NCBI GenBank assembly: GCA_964588645.1
Contig: CAZPRB010000003.1
Coordinates: forward strand, 9,553-73,552
DNA from: an uncultured Acetatifactor sp.
Lineage (GTDB): Bacteria; Bacillota; Clostridia; Lachnospirales; Lachnospiraceae
Length of the DNA: 64,000 bases
Direction: 5' to 3'
How positions within the stretch are numbered: position 1 is the first letter of the stretch; every line of letters begins with the position of its first letter. A program made the position numbers and the translations under genes. Positions 1-9,591 of this stretch are shown in pieces. Below the pieces are notes generated by a model that had not been told where the DNA came from, made no database searches, and was given only the letters and a program-made list of their open reading frames with translations.

Positions 1-1
1 G

Positions 2-1963
2 CTTGCCCATTATCCCAGGGACTATGAGACCTTTCAGGAGCCTGTGCCGGTTGCGGAGACTGTTACGGGAGAAGTGTGTGCAATCTATGTAGCCGTTGCG
101 GGAATTCCCAATCTGAAAAAGGTCAGGAATCTATCCATTCTCAATGTGACGGTCAGGGATTCCTCGGGAGCCATGCAGCTCACCTTTTTTAATATGCCTT
201 TTTTAAAAAATGTATTGAAGCCGGGTGGCTTTTATCTGTTCCGGGGACTGGTACAGAGCAGGGGTGCCGCCAAAATCATGGAGCAGCCCAAGCTCTATTC
301 CTATGAGGATTACTTGAAGCAGACCTCGGTGCTGCAGCCGCGGTACGGTCTGACCAAGGGATTGACTAACCAAGCCCTGCAGAAGGCAGTGAAGCAGGCC
401 TTATCCTTCTGTGAGTATGAGCAGGAATACTATCCCGCAGACCTGACAGTGAGATATCAACTGGTTGCTCCGTCGGAGGCGGTGGGTTCCATACATTTTC
501 CCGCTGACAGCCGCGCCCTGACCGCTGCCAGGAAAAGGGTGGTGTTTGATGAGTTTTTTGATTTTATCTGGATGCTCCGTCAAAACAAGGCTTTGTCATC
601 TCACCTTGCCAATGAATATCCCATGTTTGAGACAGCGGACACGGTGCGTCTTCTGGAGCAGCTTCCCTATTCCCTGACCTCGGCACAGAAAAGGGTATGG
701 GGGGAAATCCGTCAGGATATGGGAAGCAATTCCTGTATGAACCGGCTGATTCAGGGGGATGTGGGCTCCGGTAAGACGATTGTGGCTGTTCTGGCACTGT
801 TAATGTGTGCCGCAAACGGCTATCAGGGTGCGCTTATGGCACCTACGGAGGTCCTTGCCCTGCAGCATTTTGAAAGCATTGCAAAGGATACGAATACCTA
901 CAAGCTTGCCTTCCGACCGGTATTGCTGGTAGGCTCTATGTCGGCGAAGGAGAAAAGAGAAGCGTATGCGAAGATTGCTTCCGGTGAAGCCAATCTGATT
1001 ATCGGAACCCATGCCCTGATACAGGAGAAGGTGACCTTCCACTCTCTTGCTTTGGTGGTTACGGACGAACAGCACCGCTTCGGAGTGAGACAACGGGAAA
1101 ATCTTGCGGAAAAAGGACATAATCCCCATGTGCTGGTCATGAGTGCCACACCCATCCCCAGAACGCTGGCAATGATATTGTATGGGGATTTGCACATCTC
1201 CGTCATTGATGAATTGCCTGCCAACCGTCTCCCCATTAAGAATTGCGTTGTAAACACCTCCTATCGTCCCAAGGCATATGAATTTATCGCCGGGCAGGTG
1301 GCACAGGGAAGACAGGCCTATGTGATATGTCCCATGGTGGAGGAGGGCGAGCTTGAGGATGTGGAGAATGTAGTGGACTACACGGAGAAATTAAGAGCCG
1401 CACTTCCCGCAAATATTCAGGTGGCGTATCTCCACGGAAAGCTGCGTCCTGCAGAAAAAAACCGGATTATGGAGGAGTTTGCTGCCCGAAACATTGATGT
1501 GCTGGTGTCCACCACTGTGATTGAGGTGGGGATTAATGTACCCAATGCTACGGTGATGATGGTGGAGAATGCGGAGCGGTTCGGTCTTGCCGGACTGCAT
1601 CAGCTGAGAGGGCGTGTGGGACGCGGCGGCTATCAGAGCTATTGTATTTTTATAAGCACCAAGGAAAAGAAAGAGACCATGGAGCGTCTGCAGATATTAA
1701 ATCATTCCAATGACGGCTTTTATATTGCCTCTGAGGATTTAAAACTCAGAGGACCCGGTGAGCTGTTCGGTGTGCGCCAGAGCGGGGAATTCGCCTTCCG
1801 GAATGCAGATATCTATGCAGATGCCGGGGTGTTGCAGGAGGCCTCCGAAGCGGTGGATGCTATCCTGGAATCAGACCCGCAGCTTTCTCTTCCTGTAAAT
1901 GCAGCTTTGAAGCAGCATTTACAGAATGCCTTCACGGGGACTCTTGCTTTTCGTTCCATTTAA
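2..1963 (+). CDS. recG: ATP-dependent DNA helicase RecG (5' end lies upstream of the window)
   Basis: QGDVGSGKT, DEQH, MSATPIPRTL and LHQLRGRVGR motifs; the frame is open from base 2 (LAHYPRDYE), so the ORF start at 44 is internal. Confidence 0.97.
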   Translation, partial: LAHYPRDYETFQEPVPVAETVTGEVCAIYVAVAGIPNLKKVRNLSILNVTVRDSSGAMQLTFFNMPFLKNVLKPGGFYLFRGLVQSRGAAKIMEQPKLYSYEDYLKQTSVLQPRYGLTKGLTNQALQKAVKQALSFCEYEQEYYPADLTVRYQLVAPSEAVGSIHFPADSRALTAARKRVVFDEFFDFIWMLRQNKALSSHLANEYPMFETADTVRLLEQLPYSLTSAQKRVWGEIRQDMGSNSCMNRLIQGDVGSGKTIVAVLALLMCAANGYQGALMAPTEVLALQHFESIAKDTNTYKLAFRPVLLVGSMSAKEKREAYAKIASGEANLIIGTHALIQEKVTFHSLALVVTDEQHRFGVRQRENLAEKGHNPHVLVMSATPIPRTLAMILYGDLHISVIDELPANRLPIKNCVVNTSYRPKAYEFIAGQVAQGRQAYVICPMVEEGELEDVENVVDYTEKLRAALPANIQVAYLHGKLRPAEKNRIMEEFAARNIDVLVSTTVIEVGINVPNATVMMVENAERFGLAGLHQLRGRVGRGGYQSYCIFISTKEKKETMERLQILNHSNDGFYIASEDLKLRGPGELFGVRQSGEFAFRNADIYADAGVLQEASEAVDAILESDPQLSLPVNAALKQHLQNAFTGTLAFRSI

Positions 1964-1992
1964 AATTTCCCATAGATATGGTAGTTTTTGCT

Positions 1993-2020
1993 TTTACAAC
2001 CACCAAATATATGGTATAAT
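1993..2020 (+). promoter_or_regulatory. Sigma-A-type promoter for the parE-parC-rsmD-coaD unit
   Basis: TTTACA (1993-1998), 16 bp spacer, extended -10 TGgTATAAT (TATAAT 2015-2020). Confidence 0.7.
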
Positions 2021-2089
2021 AAACAAGGATGTGTTTTAAAAGGGATAAGACACAGGATGAATAGATAAGAAAGAGGAGTCAGATTTAAG

Positions 2090-4012
2090 ATGGCAAAGGC
2101 AAACAATTATGATGCTTCCAGTATTACGGTGCTGGAGGGCTTGGAAGCGGTTCGCAAACGCCCCGGTATGTATATTGGAAGCGTGTCAACCAAGGGCTTG
2201 AATCATTTGATTTATGAAATAGTGGACAACTCTGTAGATGAGCATCTTGCCGGCTACTGTGACACCATCAGGGTTACGCTGGAGGCGGACGGCTCTGCGA
2301 CTGTGTCGGATAACGGACGCGGTATTCCCGTGGGAATGCACGAGAAGGGAATCAGTGCGGAGAGACTGGTGTTCACCACCCTGCATGCAGGAGGTAAATT
2401 CGATAATACTGCTTACAAGACCAGCGGCGGACTTCACGGCGTTGGTTCCTCTGTTGTAAATGCCCTTTCCACAAGGTTGACTGTGCAAGTCAAGAACGGT
2501 GGGCATATCTATGAGGATAAATATGAGCGTGGAAATCCGGTGATTGATTTGATTGACGGACTGCTTCCGGTCATCGGCAAGACGAAGGAGACCGGAACCA
2601 CCATTAATTTTCTGCCGGATGATACGATTTTCGACAAAACGCGGTTCAAGGAGGATGAGGTCAAGAGCCGTCTTCATGAAACGGCTTATTTGAATCCGAA
2701 TCTGACCATTCTTTTCGAGGATAAGCGAAGAGAGGAGCCGGAGGTTGTGACCTTTCATGAGCCTGAGGGTATTGTGGGCTTTGTGAAGGATGTGAACAAG
2801 TCCAAGGAGACCATTCATGATGTGATTTATTTCACGGGGGAAAGTGAAGGGATTTCCGTGGAAATCGCTTTTCAGTATGTGAATGAATTTCATGAGATTG
2901 TGCTGGGCTTCTGTAATAATATTTACAACTCCGAGGGCGGTACGCATTTGACAGGCTTCAAGACCATGTTTACCAATGTGATTAATACATACGCCAGGGA
3001 GCTGAATATCCTGAAGGAAAAGGATGCGAATTTCACGGGAGCGGATGTGCGTAACGGTATGACTGCCGTGGTCTCCATCAAGCATCCGGATCCGCGGTTT
3101 GAAGGACAGACCAAGACCAAGCTGGACAATCAGGATGCTGCCAAGGTGGTCAGCAAGGTTACCGGCGATGAGATAGTCAGATATTTTGACAGGAATCTGG
3201 AGACCCTTAAGAATGTAATCGGTTGTGCGGAAAAGGCAGCCAAAATCAGAAAGACAGAAGAAAAAGCTAAGACCAATATGCTGACCAAGCAGAAGTTTTC
3301 CTTTGATTCCAACGGCAAGCTTGCCAACTGTGAGTCCAAGGATGCTTCCAAATGTGAGATTTTCATCGTGGAGGGAGATTCCGCGGGGGGCAGTGCCAAA
3401 ACAGCCAGAAACAGAATGTATCAGGCGATTCTCCCTATTCGCGGTAAGATTCTGAATGTGGAGAAGGCAAGCATTGATAAGGTTCTGGCGAATGCGGAAA
3501 TTAAAACCATGATCAATGCCTTCGGCTGCGGCTTCTCCGAGGGCTACGGCAATGATTTCGATATCACTAAGCTTCGGTATGATAAAATCATCATCATGAC
3601 GGATGCGGATGTGGACGGTTCCCATATTTCCACCCTGCTTCTGACCTTGTTTTATCGTTTTATGCCGGAATTAATCTTTGAGGGACATGTGTATCTCGCC
3701 ATGCCGCCCCTGTATAAAGCGATGCCTGTCAAGGGACAGGAGGAATACCTCTATGACGACAAGGCGCTGGAGAAATACCGCAAGAGCCATAAGGGCGCCT
3801 TTACCCTGCAGCGCTACAAGGGTCTCGGAGAGATGGATGCCCAACAGCTTTGGGAGACCACCCTTGACCCGGATACCCGTCTGTTAAAGCAGGTGGAGAT
3901 AGAGGATGCAAGAATGGCATCCGAGGTGACAGAGCTTTTGATGGGTACGGAGGTTCCGCCCCGCAAGGCATTTATCTATGAACATGCTACGGATGCAGAG
4001 CTGGATGTCTGA
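2090..4012 (+). CDS. parE: Type IIA topoisomerase B subunit (topoisomerase IV ParE-like)
   Basis: GLEAVRKRPGMYIG, GGLHGVG, EGDSAGG, PIRGKILN, IMTDADVDG and YKGLGEM motifs; partner A subunit lacks a GyrA box; RBS GAGGAG. Confidence 0.85.
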   Translation: MAKANNYDASSITVLEGLEAVRKRPGMYIGSVSTKGLNHLIYEIVDNSVDEHLAGYCDTIRVTLEADGSATVSDNGRGIPVGMHEKGISAERLVFTTLHAGGKFDNTAYKTSGGLHGVGSSVVNALSTRLTVQVKNGGHIYEDKYERGNPVIDLIDGLLPVIGKTKETGTTINFLPDDTIFDKTRFKEDEVKSRLHETAYLNPNLTILFEDKRREEPEVVTFHEPEGIVGFVKDVNKSKETIHDVIYFTGESEGISVEIAFQYVNEFHEIVLGFCNNIYNSEGGTHLTGFKTMFTNVINTYARELNILKEKDANFTGADVRNGMTAVVSIKHPDPRFEGQTKTKLDNQDAAKVVSKVTGDEIVRYFDRNLETLKNVIGCAEKAAKIRKTEEKAKTNMLTKQKFSFDSNGKLANCESKDASKCEIFIVEGDSAGGSAKTARNRMYQAILPIRGKILNVEKASIDKVLANAEIKTMINAFGCGFSEGYGNDFDITKLRYDKIIIMTDADVDGSHISTLLLTLFYRFMPELIFEGHVYLAMPPLYKAMPVKGQEEYLYDDKALEKYRKSHKGAFTLQRYKGLGEMDAQQLWETTLDPDTRLLKQVEIEDARMASEVTELLMGTEVPPRKAFIYEHATDAELDV

Positions 4013-4072
4013 CGGCTTTTTATTTCCCAACCGGTTCGACCGGAATACAAACCATAGAAGATGAGGAAAACC

Positions 4073-6310
4073 ATGGAAGATAGAATAATTAAAACAGAGT
4101 ATTCCGAGGAAATGCAGAAATCCTTTATTGATTATGCTATGAGCGTCATTGTGGCACGTGCGCTTCCCGATGTGCGGGACGGATTAAAGCCGGTACAGAG
4201 ACGTACTCTTTATGATATGCATGAGCTGGGTATCCGCTATGATAAGCCCTACCGTAAATGTGCCAGAATCGTGGGAGATACCATGGGTAAATACCATCCC
4301 CACGGAGACAGCTCCATCTACGAAGCACTGGTGGTGATGAGTCAGGATTTCAAAAAGGGACTTGCATTGGTGGACGGGCATGGTAACTTCGGCAATATCG
4401 AGGGCGACGGCGCAGCTGCCATGCGTTATACAGAGGCCAGATTACACAAGATTACCCAGGAGGCATTTCTGGCGGATTTGGACAAGGATGTGGTAGATTT
4501 CATCCCCAACTTTGATGAGACGGAGAAGGAGCCTTCCGTATTGCCGGTGAAGCTTCCCAATCTTCTGATAAACGGCTCGGAGGGCATTGCGGTCGGTATG
4601 ACCACAAGCATCCCGCCCCACAACCTTTCAGAGGTGATTGATGCCACAAAGGCGTATATGCTGAACGAGGATATCACCGTGAAGGAGCTGATGCGCTATA
4701 TCAGCGGACCTGATTTCCCTACCGGCGGCATTGTCATCAATAAGGATGAGCTTTTAAGTATTTATGAGACCGGAGTGGGCAAAATCAAAATCCGTGGCAA
4801 GGTGGAGTTTGAGAAGGCTAAGGGCGGCAAGACCAATGTGGTGATTACGGAGATTCCTTATCCTATGATTGGCGCCAACATTTCTAAGTTTTTGATGGAT
4901 GTGGCAGCCCTGTCCGAGACCAAAAAGACTCAGGACATTGTAGATATCTCCAACCAGTCCTCCAAGGAGGGTATCAGGATTGTCATTGAGCTGCGCAAGG
5001 ATGCGGACCCGCAGAACTTTGTGAATATGCTTTACAAGAAGACAAGGCTGGAGGATACCTTCGGTGTAAATATGCTTGCCATTGCCGACGGCAGACCGGA
5101 GGTCATGAGCCTGAAGCAGATTATTAAGGCTAATGTGGATTTTCAGTTTGAGATTGCAACCCGCAAATATACCAATTTGCTGGCGAAGGAGCTGGAGCGC
5201 AAGGAGATTCAGGAGGGTCTGATTAAGGCCTGCAATGTCATCGATTTGGTCATTGAGATTCTGCGTGGCTCCAAGGACCGTGCCATGGCAAAGGCTTGCC
5301 TTGTGGAGGGCAGGATAGACGGCATCAAGTTCAAATCCAAGGAGTCCAAGATTATGGCAACACAGCTGTGCTTTACGGAGAAGCAGGCAAATGCCATTCT
5401 GGAGATGAGACTCTATAAATTAATCGGCTTGGAGCTGGAGGCTCTGATTAACGAGCATGAGGAGACTATGGCGAATATCTTCCGATATGAGGATATTCTG
5501 GAGAGAAGAGATTCCATGGCTCAGGTGATTATGAATGAGCTGGATGCGTTCAAGAAAGAATACGGCAAAAAGCGCAGAACCCTCATTGAAAACGGCGAGG
5601 AGGCTGTCTACAAGGAGAAGGAACCGGAGGAGATGGACATTGTGTTCCTCATGGACCGTTTCGGCTATGCGAAGACCATAGATGTGGCTACTTATGAGCG
5701 CAATAAAGAGGCTGCAGACAACGAGAACAAGTATGTCTTTGTTTGTAAGAACACGGGAAGAGTATGTATCTTTACCGATTTAGGACAGCTGCATACGATT
5801 AAGGTGCAGGATATTCCCTTCGGCAAATTCAGGGATAAGGGTGTGCCGGTTGACAATATCAGTAATTATAGCTCTGAGAAGGAGCAGATTGTCTATGTCA
5901 CCAGTCAGTCCGAGCTGAACCTCTGCCGTGTCATCTTTGCTACCCAACAGGCCATGGTCAAGCTGGTGGACGGCGGCGAATTCGATGTGTCGAAGCGTAC
6001 CGTTGCAGCCACTAAGCTTGCCGAGAATGATAGGGTAGTCAGCGTTTGTTCCGTCAGGGAGCAAAGAAATATGGTGCTGCAGACGAAGGAAGGACTGTTC
6101 CTGCGATTCCCTATAGAAGAGATTCCGGAGAAGAAGAAGGGAGCAATCGGTGTCCGCGGCATGAAGCTGGGTGAAAAGGACCTTGTGGAAGCGGTTTATT
6201 ACACCAGAAACGCTGTGGAGTCCACAATAGAGTATAAGGGTAAGAAGCTTTTGCTGAACAGTTTAAAGCTTGGAAAACGCGATTCCAAGGGTGTAAAGGT
6301 GCGCGTATAA
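4073..6310 (+). CDS. parC: Type IIA topoisomerase A subunit (ParC-like)
   Basis: RALPDVRDGLKPVQRR, HPHGDSSIYEA and AAMRYTE motifs; short CTD without QRRGGKG; start moved to ATG 4073 after GAGG. Confidence 0.85.
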   Translation: MEDRIIKTEYSEEMQKSFIDYAMSVIVARALPDVRDGLKPVQRRTLYDMHELGIRYDKPYRKCARIVGDTMGKYHPHGDSSIYEALVVMSQDFKKGLALVDGHGNFGNIEGDGAAAMRYTEARLHKITQEAFLADLDKDVVDFIPNFDETEKEPSVLPVKLPNLLINGSEGIAVGMTTSIPPHNLSEVIDATKAYMLNEDITVKELMRYISGPDFPTGGIVINKDELLSIYETGVGKIKIRGKVEFEKAKGGKTNVVITEIPYPMIGANISKFLMDVAALSETKKTQDIVDISNQSSKEGIRIVIELRKDADPQNFVNMLYKKTRLEDTFGVNMLAIADGRPEVMSLKQIIKANVDFQFEIATRKYTNLLAKELERKEIQEGLIKACNVIDLVIEILRGSKDRAMAKACLVEGRIDGIKFKSKESKIMATQLCFTEKQANAILEMRLYKLIGLELEALINEHEETMANIFRYEDILERRDSMAQVIMNELDAFKKEYGKKRRTLIENGEEAVYKEKEPEEMDIVFLMDRFGYAKTIDVATYERNKEAADNENKYVFVCKNTGRVCIFTDLGQLHTIKVQDIPFGKFRDKGVPVDNISNYSSEKEQIVYVTSQSELNLCRVIFATQQAMVKLVDGGEFDVSKRTVAATKLAENDRVVSVCSVREQRNMVLQTKEGLFLRFPIEEIPEKKKGAIGVRGMKLGEKDLVEAVYYTRNAVESTIEYKGKKLLLNSLKLGKRDSKGVKVRV

Positions 6311-6321
6311 GGAGAAGATAA

Positions 6322-6873
6322 ATGAGAGTCATCGCAGGAACTGCAAGAAGTCTGCCTTTAAAAACACCGGAGGGAATGGATACCAGACCCACCACCGACC
6401 GTATTAAGGAGACACTTTTCAATATGCTGCAGACATATTTGCCGGGATGTGTATTTGTGGATTTGTTCAGCGGAAGCGGCGGAATCGGCATTGAGGCTAT
6501 CAGCCGCGGCGCCTCCAAGGCATATTTTATAGAAAATGCGCCCAAGGCCATTTCCTGTATAGAGCAAAATCTGTTATTTACGAAATGCAACGACCGTGCT
6601 ATAGTATTAAAGCAGGATGCGATATCTGCACTGCATTGCATCTATGAAAAGGAAGTGGATGTGATTTTCATGGACCCGCCCTATGGACAGGAGTATGAGA
6701 AGCACATTTTAGAGCAGCTGTCGCATATGAAGTATGTCACAGAGGATACTTTGATTGTGGTGGAGGCCTCCCTGCATACGGATTTTGATTATCTTGGAGA
6801 ATATGGCTTTTCGGTTCTGAAGGAGAAGCGCTATAAGACCAATAAACATGTATTTATTAAGAAGATTTCATGA
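6322..6873 (+). CDS. rsmD: 16S rRNA m2G966 methyltransferase
   Basis: MRVIAG, TRPTTDRIKE, DLFSGSG and DPPY motifs; directly upstream of coaD. Confidence 0.95.
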   Translation: MRVIAGTARSLPLKTPEGMDTRPTTDRIKETLFNMLQTYLPGCVFVDLFSGSGGIGIEAISRGASKAYFIENAPKAISCIEQNLLFTKCNDRAIVLKQDAISALHCIYEKEVDVIFMDPPYGQEYEKHILEQLSHMKYVTEDTLIVVEASLHTDFDYLGEYGFSVLKEKRYKTNKHVFIKKIS

Positions 6874-6891
6874 TGAATCGGTGGAGTGATT

Positions 6892-7380
6892 ATGAAAAGA
6901 GCAGTGTATCCCGGAAGCTTTGATCCGGTTACCTTAGGACATTTAGATATCATTGAGAGAGCATCTGAAATGTTTGATGAATTAATTGTGTGTGTCATGT
7001 ACAATCAGGGAAAGACACCGTTGTTTTCTGTGGAGGAACGTGTTAAGATACTGAGAGAGGCAACAAAGTCTTTGCCGAATGTCAAGATTGACAGCTACAG
7101 CGGTCTGCTGATTAATTATGCCGCAGAAAATGACCTTCATATTTCCGTGCGCGGCTTGCGTGCAATCACGGATTTTGAATACGAATTGCAGATTGCACAG
7201 ACGAACAGAAAGCTTTCTGACGGACAGCTGGACACCCTGTTTTTGACCACCAGTCTGGAGTACGCATATCTCAGTTCCTCCAGTGTGAAAGAGATTGCAA
7301 GCTTTGGCGGTGATATCAGTCAATGTGTACCGGACTTTGTTGCGAAAGAGGTTATGAAAAAGTTTCAAATAAATAAATAA
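6892..7380 (+). CDS. coaD: Phosphopantetheine adenylyltransferase
   Basis: [21 protein letters not shown] and SSS motifs. Confidence 0.97.
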   Translation: MKRAVYPGSFDPVTLGHLDIIERASEMFDELIVCVMYNQGKTPLFSVEERVKILREATKSLPNVKIDSYSGLLINYAAENDLHISVRGLRAITDFEYELQIAQTNRKLSDGQLDTLFLTTSLEYAYLSSSSVKEIASFGGDISQCVPDFVAKEVMKKFQINK

Positions 7381-7411
7381 TACAGGTAATAGTGTAGAAA
7401 CGAGGTTATTT

Positions 7412-8014
7412 ATGAGCAGCAGAATCGAACAATTAATTGATGAAATGGAAGAGTTTATTGACAATTGTAAGCCCCGATTTATGTCCGGCACAGAGATTAT
7501 TGTGAATAAGGAAGAGATTGACGAGCTCATCCGTGAGTTGCGAATGAAGACACCGGATGAGATAAAGCGTTATCAGAAAATCATCAGTAATAAGGAGGCT
7601 ATTCTCAATGATGCCCGCGCAAAGGCGGAGGCACTGATTGCAGAAGCCACCGTTCATACCAATGAGTTGATTAACGAGCATGAGATTATGCAACAGGCAT
7701 ATGCACAGGCCAATGAAGTGGTGACCATGGCAAGCAAGCAGGCACAGGAGATTCTGGACAATGCTACCATTGAAGCCAATAATGTGCGTACCGCTGCCAT
7801 GCAGTATATGGATGATATGCTTGCACATCTGGAGAATATCATTTCCTCCTCCGCACAGTCTGCAAGCTCCAATTATGAGAGCTTATTGGGCTCTCTGAAC
7901 CAGTATAAGGATATTATCCAGTCCAACCGGAACGAATTGCATCCCGTGGAAGAGGATATGGAGGATGTGGCTTTGGATACGCCGGAGGAGACCGAAGGGA
8001 TTGATGTCATTTAG
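7412..8014 (+). CDS. Conserved coiled-coil protein (SepIVA/DivIVA-like)
   Basis: Heptad Ala/Glu-rich region (ILNDARAKAEALIAEA...AQEILDNA), acidic tail, position directly after coaD. Confidence 0.7.
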   Translation: MSSRIEQLIDEMEEFIDNCKPRFMSGTEIIVNKEEIDELIRELRMKTPDEIKRYQKIISNKEAILNDARAKAEALIAEATVHTNELINEHEIMQQAYAQANEVVTMASKQAQEILDNATIEANNVRTAAMQYMDDMLAHLENIISSSAQSASSNYESLLGSLNQYKDIIQSNRNELHPVEEDMEDVALDTPEETEGIDVI

Positions 8015-8053
8015 AGCTTTACAGCATTTTCAGGTATGATATAGGTCAGAGAG

Positions 8054-8085
8054 AGAACCGGTTTTCCTTTGAAAGCTGGTTTTTC
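8054..8085 (+). terminator. Probable intrinsic terminator
   Basis: Stem GAACCGGTTTTC-cttt-GAAAGCTGGTTT followed by T-rich sequence. Confidence 0.55.
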
Positions 8086-8125
8086 TTCTCTCATGGAAGC
8101 TTTTACAATATAAGGAAAGTATATT

Positions 8126-9502
8126 ATGTCAAAGAAAAAAATCCTGATGGGAATCACCTTGCTATTTTGTGTTTTCCTGATGAGAAAGCTGCCCACAGAA
8201 GCTGCCTATAGGGTTCAGCCGACGGAGGATGAGCTTGTCATTGTCATAGACCCGGGGCATGGGGGAGAGAATTTAGGTACTATTGAAAACGGTTTTGAAG
8301 AGAAACGCATGACCATGCTTACGGCACAGGCAATGTATGATGAGCTGAGCCTGTATGATGATGTGACGGTCTATATGACACATACGGAGGATGTGGATAT
8401 GTCGCTGAAGGAACGTGCAGAATTCGCCGCATCAGCGGAAGCGGATTTCCTGTTCAGTATTCACTACAATGCCTCCGTTCGTCATGACCTTTTCGGCTCC
8501 GAGATATGGATTTCCTCCGTTGCTCCCTACAATGCCTACGGTTATCAGTTCGGGTATCAGTTTCTGCAGGAAATGAGCAATTACGACTTGTTTCTCCGCG
8601 GTATCAAGACCAAACTGCGCGACAAGCAGAAGGATGATTATTACGGAATCATCAGAGAGTCCGTAGCCCTGTCCGTACCGGCAGTGATTCTGGAGCATTG
8701 TCATGTAGACGAGGAGAGAGATTCCGTCCACTGTGATTCTGACGAGGAGCTGGCAGCCTTCGGAAGGTCGGATGCCACAGCGGTTGCAAAGTATTTTGGC
8801 CTGAAGAGCACAACACTTGGCGTAGACTATAGTGCAGCTCAGGATTTGCCGGAGGCGGACGGGGAGCGTATTGTCCGCTCGACTGTTGTAGATGAGACAT
8901 CGCCGGATATCTGTCTGATTGAAATTGCGGATACCGATGATGAGACCGGCACCATCACTTTGAATGTGACCGCTGCCGACTACGACAGCCCCTTGCTATA
9001 CTATGACTACAGCTATGACGGTGGACTTACTTACAGCGCCTTACAGATATGGCCCGGCAGCGACGCGCTTCGGGGAACCTATCAGGACACGATTCAGGTC
9101 ACCCTCACCGTACCGTCCGGCACACGGCCTGATATTATCCTGCGCGCCCACAATCTGTTTGATCTGGTGACGGAAAGCAACCGCCTCACTCTATTGAGGA
9201 CCTTTCTGTACACAGATAACACAGAGAAGGAGAATGCTACACTTACGGATACCGGCAATCAGGACGCGGAGCTTTCCGGTTCCGGGCTCACTGCCGCGAA
9301 GGACGGAGCTTCCTCGGCTACAGCATCCTTCCTGCCTGCAGTGAATGAGGAAGTGGAGGAGTCGGAGAGCGAGGTAAGCTTTCTGGATTTCTTGAAAATA
9401 TGTCTGGTGATTGTAGTCGCTCTCTTTGTGATTTTATTGTTTTCCCGCCTTTGGGCAGCCCGGATGAGACGCCGCAGAAGACGGAAGCACAGAAAACGTT
9501 AG
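8126..9502 (+). CDS. N-acetylmuramoyl-L-alanine amidase (Amidase_3) with C-terminal membrane anchor
   Basis: Signal peptide; IDPGHGG, E, SIHYNA and ILE zinc/catalytic motifs; C-terminal TM helix plus poly-Arg tail. Confidence 0.88.
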   Translation: MSKKKILMGITLLFCVFLMRKLPTEAAYRVQPTEDELVIVIDPGHGGENLGTIENGFEEKRMTMLTAQAMYDELSLYDDVTVYMTHTEDVDMSLKERAEFAASAEADFLFSIHYNASVRHDLFGSEIWISSVAPYNAYGYQFGYQFLQEMSNYDLFLRGIKTKLRDKQKDDYYGIIRESVALSVPAVILEHCHVDEERDSVHCDSDEELAAFGRSDATAVAKYFGLKSTTLGVDYSAAQDLPEADGERIVRSTVVDETSPDICLIEIADTDDETGTITLNVTAADYDSPLLYYDYSYDGGLTYSALQIWPGSDALRGTYQDTIQVTLTVPSGTRPDIILRAHNLFDLVTESNRLTLLRTFLYTDNTEKENATLTDTGNQDAELSGSGLTAAKDGASSATASFLPAVNEEVEESESEVSFLDFLKICLVIVVALFVILLFSRLWAARMRRRRRRKHRKR

Positions 9503-9591
9503 CACAGAGAAGCACCGCACAGAAAACGTTTACGCTTAGAAGCTTCGCGCAGAAAGCGTTGGCGCAGAAAAGTGTCAGCGCAGAAAAGAAG
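9487..9591. repeat. Degenerate 15-bp tandem repeat (6-7 units)
   Basis: GCACAGAAAACGTTA / GCACAGAGAAGCACC / GCACAGAAAACGTTT / ACGCTTAGAAGCTTC / GCGCAGAAAGCGTTG / GCGCAGAAAAGTGTC. Confidence 0.85.

Noticed and set aside
2186-3625. 479-aa antisense ORF opposite parE
   Set aside because: Shadow of a conserved gene's codon bias; no RBS or recognisable motifs.
9487-9591. Possible CRISPR array
   Set aside because: Units are 15 bp, contiguous and degenerate, with no unique spacers and no cas genes.
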